Origin: Limnohabitans sp.
Lineage (GTDB): Bacteria > Pseudomonadota > Gammaproteobacteria > Burkholderiales > Burkholderiaceae_C
Length of the DNA stretch: 64,000 nucleotides
Direction: 5' to 3'
Assembly: GCF_030158565.1 (NCBI RefSeq)
Contig: NZ_JAOASQ010000017.1
Span: 1,930 to 65,929, forward strand
Shown: positions 20,719 to 29,998 of the stretch, piece after piece
How positions within the stretch are numbered: the first letter of the stretch is position 1
Layout: each line of letters begins with the position of its first letter
Translations under genes and position numbers: made by a program
The notes under the pieces: generated by a model
The model's input: only the letters and a program-made list of their open reading frames with translations
Databases searched by the model: none
Told to the model about the DNA's origin: nothing

Positions 20719-21534
20719 TCAGCGCAAATTCAACACATCGAACATGTCGAACAAGCCGCGCTGCTGGCCGGCCAGGTAGCGCACCGCACGCAGGCTGCCT
20801 TGCGCATAAGTCGAGCGGCTGGAGGACTTGTGGGTCACTTCGATGCGCTCACCAATGCCCGCAAACAGCACGGTGTGGTCGCCCACGATGTCGCCGCCGC
20901 GGATGGTCGAAAAACCGATGGTCGAGGGATCGCGTTCGCCGGTGTGCCCATAACGTTCGTACACGGCGCACTCTTTCAAATCGCGGCCAATGGCGTCGGC
21001 GATCACTTCGCCCATCTTGAGCGCGGTGCCCGAGGGCGCATCCACCTTGTGACGGTGATGGGCTTCGATGATTTCGATGTCGTACCCGGTGGACAGGGCT
21101 TGCGCCGCCATTTGCAGCAGCTTCAACGTCACATTCACGCCCACGCTCATGTTGGGCGCCATGACGATGGCGATGTCTTTGGCGATCTCGGCGATCTCGG
21201 CTTTTTGTTCTTCGGTGAACCCGGTCGTGCCGATCACGGCTTTGACGCCCAGCTCACGGCAAACCTTCAGATGGGCCAAAGTGCCTTCGGGACGGGTGAA
21301 GTCGATCAGGAAGCCCGAATCCTTCAAACCGGCTTTCACATCTGACTGCACCGCAACGCCGCTGGCCTGGCCCAAAAAGGCGGAGGCGTCCTGGCCCAGT
21401 GCGGGACTGGAGGCGATATCCAAAGCGCCGGACAAGCGGCAATCATCGGTAGCCAAAATGGCTTCAATCAGCATGTTTCCCATGCGGCCAGTGGCGCCGG
21501 CCACGGCAATGGGCAAAGTGTTCGAGGAGGTCAT
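20719..21534 (-). CDS. dapB: 4-hydroxy-tetrahydrodipicolinate reductase
   Basis: 271 aa with [15 protein letters not shown] and [15 protein letters not shown] motifs. Confidence 0.95.
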   Translation of the reverse strand: MTSSNTLPIAVAGATGRMGNMLIEAILATDDCRLSGALDIASSPALGQDASAFLGQASGVAVQSDVKAGLKDSGFLIDFTRPEGTLAHLKVCRELGVKAVIGTTGFTEEQKAEIAEIAKDIAIVMAPNMSVGVNVTLKLLQMAAQALSTGYDIEIIEAHHRHKVDAPSGTALKMGEVIADAIGRDLKECAVYERYGHTGERDPSTIGFSTIRGGDIVGDHTVLFAGIGERIEVTHKSSSRSTYAQGSLRAVRYLAGQQRGLFDMFDVLNLR

Positions 21535-21579
21535 GGGATTTTCAGGGCTGGTGAAGGGGGCACGTGGCCCCTTTCTGGT

Positions 21580-22119
21580 TCAACGGGCCGCAGGCTCCAG
21601 TGGAGGGTAGCTGCTGGGCAAAGGGGCCAAGGCCGGCCGAGGTGCTTCGGCCTCCTGCGGCTTTTTCGCAGTGAAACGTTTCAAATCTTCCTCTGTGGCT
21701 TCCAGTTTCGGGGGCTGACCTGTCGCACGTGGGCGCACCAAGCGTCCTGCAAACTCGGACTCGCTGGGCAAGAGGTCACTTTCGATTTGATCGAGCACAT
21801 CCCCCTTGAAAACGACCATGAGACGGAAACTCTGTGCAGGCACCCCTTGGCGCTTGATGCTGAAGACATAGTCCCACCGATCGGCATGGAACAAGCTGGA
21901 GACCAGGGGTGTGCCCAAGATGTCGCGCACCTGCGCTTTGACCATGCCCGGACGAAGCGCCTGACGCTGTTCCTTCGAGACAAAGTTGCCCTGCACCACT
22001 TCAGGAACGTAGGGCTTGAAAGTGTCCTGGTGGACACTGCCGCAGCCCGCCAGGCCAGCGCTCAAAACGAGACCAACAAGCCAGGCGCTCGGGAAGCGGA
22101 AAATCAGGGAAGCTGTCAT
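21580..22119 (-). CDS. bamE: Outer membrane protein assembly factor BamE (SmpA/OmlA)
   Basis: ORF trimmed to the ATG at 22119 (MTASLIFRFPSAWLVGLVLSAGLAGCGS, lipobox). It has the SmpA/OmlA core (GMVKAQVRDILGTPL...DRWDYVF) and is divergent from fur. Confidence 0.8.
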   Translation of the reverse strand: MTASLIFRFPSAWLVGLVLSAGLAGCGSVHQDTFKPYVPEVVQGNFVSKEQRQALRPGMVKAQVRDILGTPLVSSLFHADRWDYVFSIKRQGVPAQSFRLMVVFKGDVLDQIESDLLPSESEFAGRLVRPRATGQPPKLEATEEDLKRFTAKKPQEAEAPRPALAPLPSSYPPLEPAAR

Positions 22120-22202
22120 GTTTGAAGAGGGCCGATATGATCGGGGCATTGTAGCGGCTGTAAGCAATTTTGTTCCGTCTGCCTTACCTCTGAGCAAACC
22201 CC

Positions 22203-22631
22203 ATGAGTCAAATCGACGAACTGAAAAACAACGGCCTCAAAGCCACCTTGCCCCGACTGAAAATCCTGGAGGTTTTTCAAAGTGGCGCACAACGGCACAT
22301 GACGGCCGAAGACGTTTTTCGTCACCTGCTGCTTGAGAACACCGACATCGGTCTGGCCACGGTTTACCGGGTGTTGACCCAGTTCGAGCAAGCGGGGATT
22401 TTGAGCCGAAACCATTTTGAAAGTGGCAAAGCGGTTTATGAGCTCAATGAAGGCCAGCACCACGACCATGTGGTGTGCCTGGACTGCGGTCGGGTGGAAG
22501 AGTTCTACGATCCTGAAATCGAGTCTCGGCAACAGGCCGTTGCACAGGCCAAGGGCTTTGTGATCGCCGACCATGCCCTGAGCTTGTACGCACACTGCAC
22601 GCGCACCCCCTGCCCTCACCGCCAGCGCTGA
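22203..22631 (+). CDS. fur: Ferric uptake regulator
   Basis: 142 aa with [29 protein letters not shown] and the [16 protein letters not shown] metal site. Confidence 0.95.
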   Translation: MSQIDELKNNGLKATLPRLKILEVFQSGAQRHMTAEDVFRHLLLENTDIGLATVYRVLTQFEQAGILSRNHFESGKAVYELNEGQHHDHVVCLDCGRVEEFYDPEIESRQQAVAQAKGFVIADHALSLYAHCTRTPCPHRQR

Positions 22632-22645
22632 GCGCGCAGCGGCCC

Positions 22646-23587
22646 TTATTCCATGGCGCGGCGCTGGCGCTCGATGAAGTCCTGGTAGGTGTCGATGCCC
22701 CGCATCTGCAAGATGGTGTTGCGCACGGCCGCCTCCACCAACACCGAGATGTTGCGCCCGGCCACCACCTGGATCACCACCTTGCGCACCGGGATGCCCA
22801 GCACGTCTTGCGTGAGCGGCTCCGAAGGCATGCGTTCGTAATCGCGGTCAAAAGTTTCGCGGCGCACCAGGTGCACGATCAACTTCAGGCGCATCTTGCG
22901 GCGCACCGCTGTCTCGCCAAAAATGGCCCGGATATCGAGCAAGCCAATACCGCGCACTTCGAGCAGGTTCTGCAGCAAATCGGGGCAACGCCCCTCGATG
23001 GTGGTCTGGTTGATGCGGTACAGGTCCACGGCATCGTCGGCCACCAGACCGTTGCCACGGGAAATCAGCTCCAGCCCCAACTCGCTTTTGCCCAAACCCG
23101 ATTCGCCGGTGATCAGTACACCCATGCCCAGAATGTCCATGAAGACCCCGTGCATGGTGGTGCGGTCGGCAAAGTGTTTGGACAGATAGGCCCGCAACAC
23201 GTCGATCACGAAAGCCGAAGATTGCTCGGTGGCAAACATCGGGATTTGTGCCCGCTCACACATGGACAGCAAGGCGTCCGGAGCCACTTGACCATCGGCC
23301 AGCACCAACACGGGCGGCTCCAGGGTCACGATGCGCGCAATGCGACGGGCACAGTCTTCTGGCGTGGAATTGCTCAGGTAGGCCACTTCGCGAGGCCCCA
23401 GAATCTGAACACGGTAGGGATGGATGTAGTTGAGATAGCCGACCAGATCGGCGCCTGAGCGGGCTTCGCGCACGGCGACTTCATCGAACCGGCGCTCAGA
23501 AGCGCCAAGGCCCGCCACCCACTGCCACTTGAGCTTGCCGCGGTGGTCCTCAAACAGGACGTCGGCACTGATCACGGAAGGCTTCAT
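22646..23587 (-). CDS. hprK: HPr kinase/phosphorylase
   Basis: 313 aa with the P-loop GESGLGKSE and the downstream LVADD / EVRGIG blocks. Confidence 0.92.
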   Translation of the reverse strand: MKPSVISADVLFEDHRGKLKWQWVAGLGASERRFDEVAVREARSGADLVGYLNYIHPYRVQILGPREVAYLSNSTPEDCARRIARIVTLEPPVLVLADGQVAPDALLSMCERAQIPMFATEQSSAFVIDVLRAYLSKHFADRTTMHGVFMDILGMGVLITGESGLGKSELGLELISRGNGLVADDAVDLYRINQTTIEGRCPDLLQNLLEVRGIGLLDIRAIFGETAVRRKMRLKLIVHLVRRETFDRDYERMPSEPLTQDVLGIPVRKVVIQVVAGRNISVLVEAAVRNTILQMRGIDTYQDFIERQRRAME

Positions 23588-23613
23588 CGCAGCAGCTCAG
23601 GACGGGTCTGTGC

Positions 23614-24081
23614 TCAGACCGTTTGGGCGGACTGCCATTGGGCAATCAGTTGGTGCAAGCCCTCTTGGCTGTCACTGCCCTTGATGTTTTCCCGCAATTG
23701 GCTATCGCTCAGCAACTCGGCGATTTCCGACAAGATTTCCAGGTGCTTTTGGGTCGCCGCTTCGGGCACCAGCAAGAAAATCAGCAAATTGACCGGCTGC
23801 TCATCCGGCGCATCAAAACCAATCGGCTGCGCCAACTGGAAAACGGCGGCCATTGGCGCTTTCAGGCCCTTGATGCGGCCATGCGGAATCGCGACGCCGT
23901 GCCCCAAGCCTGTAGAACCCAAGCGCTCACGGGCGAAGAGACTGTCCGTGACCAACGCACGCGATAAGCCATGCAGATTCTCAAAGAGAAGTCCGGCTTC
24001 TTCAAATGCACGTTTCTTGCTGGTGGCTTCCACCCCGACAAGAACTTGGGCAACAGGCAATATGGATGAGAGACGATTCAT
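23614..24081 (-). CDS. ptsN: PTS EIIA-Ntr nitrogen regulatory protein
   Basis: 155 aa with the EIIA(Ntr) phosphorylation region GLGHGVAIPHGR, downstream of hpf. Confidence 0.9.
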   Translation of the reverse strand: MNRLSSILPVAQVLVGVEATSKKRAFEEAGLLFENLHGLSRALVTDSLFARERLGSTGLGHGVAIPHGRIKGLKAPMAAVFQLAQPIGFDAPDEQPVNLLIFLLVPEAATQKHLEILSEIAELLSDSQLRENIKGSDSQEGLHQLIAQWQSAQTV

Positions 24082-24186
24082 GTTCGAGGCGGATTATGCA
24101 CCTGTCGCAGCCCGAACGTTCGGCAGCGGCTGTCGCACCAGGAACTGCCCTGCAGCCCTAGGGGCAGCGTGGCCCTTTTGCCGGAA

Positions 24187-24212
24187 TGAAAAAGGGCCGC
24201 TGCGAGCGGCCC
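24187..24212 (-). terminator. Candidate intrinsic terminator after hpf
   Basis: Minus strand forms the stem GGGCCGCT/AGCGGCCC (24194-24212) followed by TTTTT (plus-strand A-run 24189-24193), about 26 nt past the hpf stop. Confidence 0.6.
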
Positions 24213-24237
24213 TGACTTGCAGTGATCGCGCAGAGGA

Positions 24238-24567
24238 TCACATCATGCGTTTAGGCGCACTGTGATGGTGGTCCGTGATGCGGTCCTTGTGCTTGACCAC
24301 CTGCCGGTCCAGTTTGTCGACCAAGTCGTCCACAGCAGCATACAAGTCCTCATGCGCGCTCTCGGCGAACATGTCGTTGCCTTTGACATGGATGTTGCAT
24401 TCAGCGCGTTGGCGTTTTTCCTTTTCCTTCTGCTTTTCCACGGTCAGCAGCACTTTCACATCGACCACCTGATCGAAATGTCGGGTAATGCGGTCCAGTT
24501 TGCCCGTCACATACTCGCGCAAGGCAGGGGTAACTTCCAGATGGTGTCCGCTGATTGTCAAATTCAT
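24238..24567 (-). CDS. hpf: Ribosome hibernation promoting factor (sigma54 modulation protein family)
   Basis: ORF trimmed to the ATG at 24567 with a GGAGG RBS ([32 protein letters not shown]...), 109 aa. Confidence 0.9.
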   Translation of the reverse strand: MNLTISGHHLEVTPALREYVTGKLDRITRHFDQVVDVKVLLTVEKQKEKEKRQRAECNIHVKGNDMFAESAHEDLYAAVDDLVDKLDRQVVKHKDRITDHHHSAPKRMM

Positions 24568-24594
24568 AAGCTTGGCCTCCATAGATTCCGGGTA

Positions 24595-24617
24595 GGAAAA
24601 GCCCCTCAGAAGGGGGC
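24595..24617 (-). terminator. Possible terminator or 5'UTR hairpin between the MFS gene and hpf
   Basis: Minus strand reads GCCCCCTTCTGAGGGGC followed by TTTTCC. It is only about 30 nt upstream of the hpf start, so it may instead be a leader structure. Confidence 0.4.
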
Positions 24618-24775
24618 AACAAACCACTTTGGGGTGTGGTTCGCCCCCACTATGCGCCCGCCTTTTGGGAAAAGCAATGCGGCCTATGGAATGCACCTAG
24701 ACACCCGGGAAATTGGGCCCGAAGGGCCATTTCGGTGTTATCGTGCTGGATGAATCGGTGAGGCCCAAACGCGCT

Positions 24776-25990
24776 TTACGCCTGCGGTGCCCCATGCAAG
24801 CGCACCCGCCCAGCCAGCCAGACCGACACCAAGCTGGCCGCCACACCGATCACCCCTGCCACCCAGTAATTCGTCAATTGCCCATGGGCATCACGGCCAA
24901 TGATGGCCCCTCCCACCATGGCTGCCAGCCCCATGGCTGCAGACTGCACGGCCGAATTGAGGGTCATGAAAGTGCCGCGCAAACGCGGCTCCACCGCAGA
25001 TGAAATCAGGGCCATGCCAGGAATCATGCGACCACTCATCATGGTGAAAAATGCCGTCGAGATCAGCAGCAAGCCCGCCAAAGGCAAGCCTGCCGACAAA
25101 GTGGTGGCCATCAAAGGCAGCGCGACAGCCACCGCCAGGCGCTTGAAAATTTTGACTTTGCCTACACGGTCAGTCAGCCGACCAAACAAGCGCGCCGTCA
25201 GCAAGGTGGCCGTGCCGCCGAGCAAATACACCCAAGGCACCTGCTCGGGCTGCATGCCCGCATTCGACTGCAAATAGATGGTGATGTAAGGGATGACCGT
25301 GAAGCCCGCAAACATCATCGCGGCCGACAAGGCAAAAGCTTTCAGATGGTTGGCCTCGATCAGGACTTGGCCAATGCTGCGCCAGACGCTGGCGCGATCG
25401 GGGTGGTGCAAATGGGCATCCAACCGCGGCAAGGTTTGCCAAGCGCCGATCACCAGCACGCCCACCATGGCCGCAATGGCCATGAAGGGCGCGTGCCAGC
25501 TCAAGTGCGCAGCCAAAAACAGGCCCAGCGGCACGCCCGCCACAGTAGAGACTGAAAACGAGGTCATGACCACCCCCATGGCCCTGCCGCGCCGCTCGAA
25601 CGGAATCACATCGGCCACGATGGTCTGCGACAAAGCCGACAAGACACCACCAAACACACCGGCAGCCACTCGGGCGACCATCAACCAGCCATAGGTCGGC
25701 GCCAACCCGCACGCCAGCGTTGCCAAACCAAAGAGGGTGTACATGGTCAGCAGCAAGCGCTTGCGGCTGAACCGGTCCACATAGGTGGCCGCCAGCAAAC
25801 CCGATGCGCCGGCCGACAAGGTGTAGGCCGAGACCAGCACGCCGAATTCAGCGTTGCTGATGTCAAACAAGCGGGTGAACTGAGGCCCCAAGGGCATCAT
25901 GATCATGAAGTCGAGAATATGGGTGAACTGGATGCCTGCAAGCGTCAGCAGCAGCCAGCGTTCTCTTCGAGGGGACAAGGAAGCGGTCAT
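24776..25990 (-). CDS. MFS transporter
   Basis: 404 aa with 12 hydrophobic segments and the MFS loop motif (DRFSRKRLLL). Confidence 0.85.
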   Translation of the reverse strand: MTASLSPRRERWLLLTLAGIQFTHILDFMIMMPLGPQFTRLFDISNAEFGVLVSAYTLSAGASGLLAATYVDRFSRKRLLLTMYTLFGLATLACGLAPTYGWLMVARVAAGVFGGVLSALSQTIVADVIPFERRGRAMGVVMTSFSVSTVAGVPLGLFLAAHLSWHAPFMAIAAMVGVLVIGAWQTLPRLDAHLHHPDRASVWRSIGQVLIEANHLKAFALSAAMMFAGFTVIPYITIYLQSNAGMQPEQVPWVYLLGGTATLLTARLFGRLTDRVGKVKIFKRLAVAVALPLMATTLSAGLPLAGLLLISTAFFTMMSGRMIPGMALISSAVEPRLRGTFMTLNSAVQSAAMGLAAMVGGAIIGRDAHGQLTNYWVAGVIGVAASLVSVWLAGRVRLHGAPQA

Positions 25991-26251
25991 GAAGGGGTCA
26001 GAGTGAATCCATTGAATCTAACACCCCGGCCTCGGCCGCTTATTTCACAGCGCGAATTCACAGCAGTGACACACAAACGCTCAGGGCCAATGCGATAATC
26101 CGCCCATTCATTTTTTGGAGTCACTGTCGTGGACGCTACCCCGAGTCGGTAGCTTTCGGACGCCTTGAGCATTGCGCCCATCGTTCGAAAGCTGCATCCC
26201 CCTTCGCCGCCCCTTTGAACTTTTGGCAACTGGCCTTTTTTTGGATTCGCC

Positions 26252-27238
26252 ATGCTCAACATCTTCACCCTTGCCAACGGCCGTCTCTTTCAAGAAGAGA
26301 TCGAGTCACTGGAAGAACTCTCTCGCTTTCAACCCATTTGGGTTGACCTGGAATCACCCACGGTCGACGAAAAGCGCTGGATCAAACAGTATTACGGCCT
26401 GTCCATCCCTGAAGACGCGATGGACGAGGACATCGAGGAATCCGCCCGCTTCTACGAAGAAGACAATGGCGAGTTGCACATCCGCTCAGACTTTTTGATC
26501 GCCGACGAGGACGAGCCACGCACCGTGCGTTGCGCCTTCATCCTGAACCAGCACAATGCCGACCTGAAGAGCCGTGGCGTGCTGTTTTCAATCCACGACG
26601 AAGACGTACCGGTGTTCCGCTTGCTGCGCCTGCGTGCGCGCCGCGCACCGGGCCTGCTGGAAGATGCCAAGGAAGTGCTGCTCAAGCTCTTTGATGCCGA
26701 CGCCGAATACTCCGCCGACACGCTGGAAGGCATTTACGACAAGCTCGAAACCGCTGGCAAAAAGGTTTTGTCAGGCGACGTGACCGATGCCATGGCCGGT
26801 GAAGTGCTGGGCGCGATTGCCCGCCAGGAAGACTTGAATGGGCGCATCCGCCGCAACGTGATGGACACCCGCCGCGCCGTGAGCTTCATGATGCGCTCGA
26901 AGATGCTCAACGCCGAGCAGTTTGAAGAAGCGCGCCAGATCCTGCGCGACATCGACTCGCTGGACTCGCACACGGCGTTTTTGTTCGACAAGATCAACTT
27001 CTTGATGGACGCCACCGTGGGTTTCATCAACATCAACCAGAACAAGATCATCAAGATTTTCTCGGTGGCCAGCGTCGCCTTGCTGCCCCCCACACTGATT
27101 GCCAGCCTGTACGGCATGAACTTTCAGTACATGCCCGAGCTGTCACAAAAGTGGGGCTACCCGTATGCACTGGCCTTGATGGCCGCCAGCGCCGTGGTGC
27201 CCATGTGGTACTTCCGTCGTCGGGGCTGGTTGAAGTAA
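26252..27238 (+). CDS. corA: Magnesium/cobalt transporter CorA
   Basis: 328 aa with two C-terminal TM helices and the YGMNF signature (LYGMNFQYMPEL). Confidence 0.93.
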   Translation: MLNIFTLANGRLFQEEIESLEELSRFQPIWVDLESPTVDEKRWIKQYYGLSIPEDAMDEDIEESARFYEEDNGELHIRSDFLIADEDEPRTVRCAFILNQHNADLKSRGVLFSIHDEDVPVFRLLRLRARRAPGLLEDAKEVLLKLFDADAEYSADTLEGIYDKLETAGKKVLSGDVTDAMAGEVLGAIARQEDLNGRIRRNVMDTRRAVSFMMRSKMLNAEQFEEARQILRDIDSLDSHTAFLFDKINFLMDATVGFININQNKIIKIFSVASVALLPPTLIASLYGMNFQYMPELSQKWGYPYALALMAASAVVPMWYFRRRGWLK

Positions 27239-27257
27239 GACGCCTTCGGTGGGGGCG

Positions 27258-27337
27258 TTTGTTGCAGCAGTCTGGGGGCGGGCTCCTCAGACGCAAGCTC
27301 AACGTCGTCGCCCGCCCCCAGACTGCTGCAACAAACT
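27258..27337. repeat. Long perfect hairpin element with conserved 26-nt centre (intergenic copy, corA/nucleosidase convergent gap)
   Basis: Perfect 27-bp arms GTTTGTTGCAGCAGTCTGGGGGCGGGC (27258-27284) and their exact reverse complement (27311-27337). The centre TCCTCAGACGCAAGCTCAACGTCGTC is 22/26 identical to the centre at 19526-19551. Confidence 0.8.
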
Positions 27338-27389
27338 TTAGGCTGATCTGACGTTTTGAATGCGTCCCCGAATGCACGCTTTTCTGGCT

Positions 27390-28142
27390 TTACCTGTGCA
27401 TCAACCACTGCGACAAGATGGCCAAGCTGTAGCGGCTGGCCACGTCGCGTATGAAGCGGTTGAAGTCAATGTGTGCATCGTCGTCTGCGCGGTCTGAAAC
27501 CGTGCGGACCGCCGCAAACGGCATGCCGTAGTCCAGACACACTTGTGCCACTGCGGCCCCCTCCATCTCAACCGCCAAAGCCTCGGGCAAACTGCGCCGC
27601 AAAACCTGACTTTCGGCTGTGGTCGACACAAAGCGGTCACCACTGACGATCAGGCCCTGGTGCACCCGTGGCGCGTGCAGATGGAAATCGGCGATGGCTT
27701 GTGCGCCCAGATGTCGCGCAGGGTCTGACAACACCTGCGCGGCCGCTGCCGCCAAAGCGTGTGACAAGGCGGGGTCGGTGTCAAAGCGCGACCGTCCATA
27801 CAAAGGCACCTCGTGCTTGGGGAACAAGGGCGAAGCATCCATGTCGTGTTGCAAAAAGCCACTGGCCACAACCACATCACCCACTTGTGCCTCAGCGGAC
27901 AATCCGCCGGCGGCACCGGTGAACACCAGCGCATCCATCTTGAAGCGCTCCAGCAAGACCGTCGCCGTGGTGGCAGCCGCCACTTTGCCAATCCGTGACA
28001 ACACCGCCACCACCTCGTGACCCTGCCAGTGGCCCACCCAGAAATCGCGGCCTGCCACGCGCACGCATTGCTCATCAGGCATGACCGCCAGCACAGCAGC
28101 CAACTCCTCGTGCATGGCGCTCATGATGCCGATCACTGCCAT
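27390..28142 (-). CDS. Nucleoside phosphorylase family 1 protein, MTA/SAH nucleosidase-like
   Basis: ORF trimmed to the ATG at 28142 (MAVIGIMSAMHEELAAV...). It has the PNP_UDP_1 pattern (VFTGAAGGL...EMEGAAVAQVC). Confidence 0.8.
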   Translation of the reverse strand: MAVIGIMSAMHEELAAVLAVMPDEQCVRVAGRDFWVGHWQGHEVVAVLSRIGKVAAATTATVLLERFKMDALVFTGAAGGLSAEAQVGDVVVASGFLQHDMDASPLFPKHEVPLYGRSRFDTDPALSHALAAAAAQVLSDPARHLGAQAIADFHLHAPRVHQGLIVSGDRFVSTTAESQVLRRSLPEALAVEMEGAAVAQVCLDYGMPFAAVRTVSDRADDDAHIDFNRFIRDVASRYSLAILSQWLMHR

Positions 28143-28173
28143 GGGTTCTCCATTGTCAAAATTCAAATCGCAT

Positions 28174-28202
28174 GAAAAAAGCGGCCCATCTTGAGCCGCT
28201 TT
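28174..28202 (-). terminator. Candidate intrinsic terminator after fadD
   Basis: Minus strand forms AAGCGGC-loop-GCCGCTT followed by TTTTTT (plus-strand A-run 28175-28180), about 30 nt past the fadD stop. Confidence 0.55.
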
Positions 28203-28232
28203 CCAGTGTACCGGTGCTGACGCACCGCCCAT

Positions 28233-29918
28233 TCAAGTTGACGGGCTGCGCAGCTCGCGGCGCAATATCTTGCCCACGGGTGTTTTGGGCAACTCGTCGC
28301 GGAACTCAACGATGCGAGGCTGCTTGTAGGCGGTCATGTTGGCGCGGCAATAAGCCAGAACCTGCGCCTCGGTCAACGAGGGGTCTTTGCGAACCACCAC
28401 CAACTTGACAGCTTCGCCGGTTTTTTCGTCGGCCACACCAATGGCCGCGCACTCCAAAACGCCGGGGCAAGCCGATGCGACTTCCTCCACCTCATTGGGA
28501 TAAACGTTGAAGCCACTGACCAAAATCATGTCTTTTTTGCGGTCCACGATTTTGAAAAAACCCCGAGCATCCACAATGCCCACATCACCCGATTTGAAAT
28601 ACCCATCGGCCATCATCACCTTGGCCGTCTCATCGGGCCGCTGCCAATAACCCGCCATGACTTGCGGGCCTTTGATCGCGATCTCGCCGGGCTTGCCCAC
28701 CTCGGTCACATCTTGCCCCTCGTCATCAACGAGCTTCATCCAAGTGCTGGGAATCGGCACACCGATGGTGCCTGTGAATTCGGTGCTGGAGGGCGGATTG
28801 CAACTGGCCGACGGACTGGTTTCGGACAAGCCGTAGCCTTCGCAAATCGGGCAACCGGTTTTCTCCAGCCAAAGTTTGGCCACATTGGGCGTCACCGCCA
28901 TGCCCCCGCCCACCGAAACCTTGAGGTTCGACCAGTTGACTTTGTTGAAATCAGGATGGTTGGCCAAACCATTGAACAAGGTGTTCACCGCAGGGAAACT
29001 GTGAAAGGTGTGCTTGGACAGCTCTTTGAGCACGGCAGGCAAATCGCGGGGATTGGGGATCAAAATGGTTTTGCCCCCGGTCCGCATGGACAACATCATG
29101 TTCACCGTGAACGCGAAGATGTGGTACAGCGGCAAAGCACACACCGAAGTGGGCTGCTCGCTCGCCGGTACACGTTTCATGACTGGGTCGTTCCAGGCCT
29201 CGGACTGCAAGACATTGGCGATCACATTGCGATGCAGAAGAACCGCCCCTTTGGACACACCGGTGGTGCCGCCGGTGTACTGCAACACGGCAATGTCATC
29301 GGGCCCAATTTCGGGCTTGCGCCAAGGCATCTTGCGCCCCTGCGAGAGGGCCTGATTGAAAGCAACCGCTTGGGGCAAGGCAAACTCAGGCACCAGCTTT
29401 TTGACTTTGCGCACCACGTGGTTGACCAGCGCGCCTTTGATCAAACCCAGGCGATCCCCCATCGAGGCCAACACCACATGCTGCACAGGCGTTTGGGCAA
29501 TGCACTTTTCAAGGGTCGACGCGAAATTTTCAATGATGAAGATCGCGCGCGCACCCGAGTCCTTCAGTTGATGCTCCAACTCCCGTGGGGTGTACAGCGG
29601 GTTCACGTTCACGACCACAAAACCCGCACGCAAAATCGCTGCGACAGCAACGGGGTATTGCGGCACATTGGGCATCATGATGGCGACACGGTCACCTTTG
29701 TCCAGCCCCAGCGATTGCAGGTAAGCGGCCAGCGCTTGGCTTTCTGTATCGGTCTGGGCGTAGCCGATGCTCTTGCCCATGAAGCTGTAAGCCGTGCGAT
29801 CGGCGTAGCGTGAAAAGCTCTCCTCCATCAGCCCCACCAGGGAGCTGTATTGGCTGGGGTCAATGTCTGAAGGAACGCCTTCGGGATAACTGCTCAACCA
29901 AATGCGGTCAGTGGTCAT
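28233..29918 (-). CDS. fadD: Long-chain fatty acid--CoA ligase
   Basis: 561 aa with the AMP-binding motif LQYTGGTTGVSKGA and the FadD-type C-terminus (GKILRRELR). Confidence 0.9.
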   Translation of the reverse strand: MTTDRIWLSSYPEGVPSDIDPSQYSSLVGLMEESFSRYADRTAYSFMGKSIGYAQTDTESQALAAYLQSLGLDKGDRVAIMMPNVPQYPVAVAAILRAGFVVVNVNPLYTPRELEHQLKDSGARAIFIIENFASTLEKCIAQTPVQHVVLASMGDRLGLIKGALVNHVVRKVKKLVPEFALPQAVAFNQALSQGRKMPWRKPEIGPDDIAVLQYTGGTTGVSKGAVLLHRNVIANVLQSEAWNDPVMKRVPASEQPTSVCALPLYHIFAFTVNMMLSMRTGGKTILIPNPRDLPAVLKELSKHTFHSFPAVNTLFNGLANHPDFNKVNWSNLKVSVGGGMAVTPNVAKLWLEKTGCPICEGYGLSETSPSASCNPPSSTEFTGTIGVPIPSTWMKLVDDEGQDVTEVGKPGEIAIKGPQVMAGYWQRPDETAKVMMADGYFKSGDVGIVDARGFFKIVDRKKDMILVSGFNVYPNEVEEVASACPGVLECAAIGVADEKTGEAVKLVVVRKDPSLTEAQVLAYCRANMTAYKQPRIVEFRDELPKTPVGKILRRELRSPST

Positions 29919-29998
29919 TTTTGCTTCTCCTTGAAGGGTCAGTCTATCTCACAACTGACAGCAAACTGACTCACAAAACTACTGGATTTCCCGAAGGC

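Noticed and set aside
19486-21345. 619-aa plus-strand ORF
   Set aside because: It is antisense to exbD, exbB and dapB, and its N-terminus is read through the hairpin repeat. It is a shadow ORF.
22120-22202. Fur box in the bamE<>fur divergent region
   Set aside because: Only a weak AT-rich stretch (GCAATTTTGTTC) is present, with no convincing match to the 19-bp GATAATGATAATCATTATC consensus.
25991-26251. Long (261-nt) corA upstream region as a possible Mg2+ or other riboswitch
   Set aside because: I could not recognise any known riboswitch core (M-box, yybP-ykoY and others) or a convincing conserved multi-stem structure. It needs covariance-model scanning before any claim.
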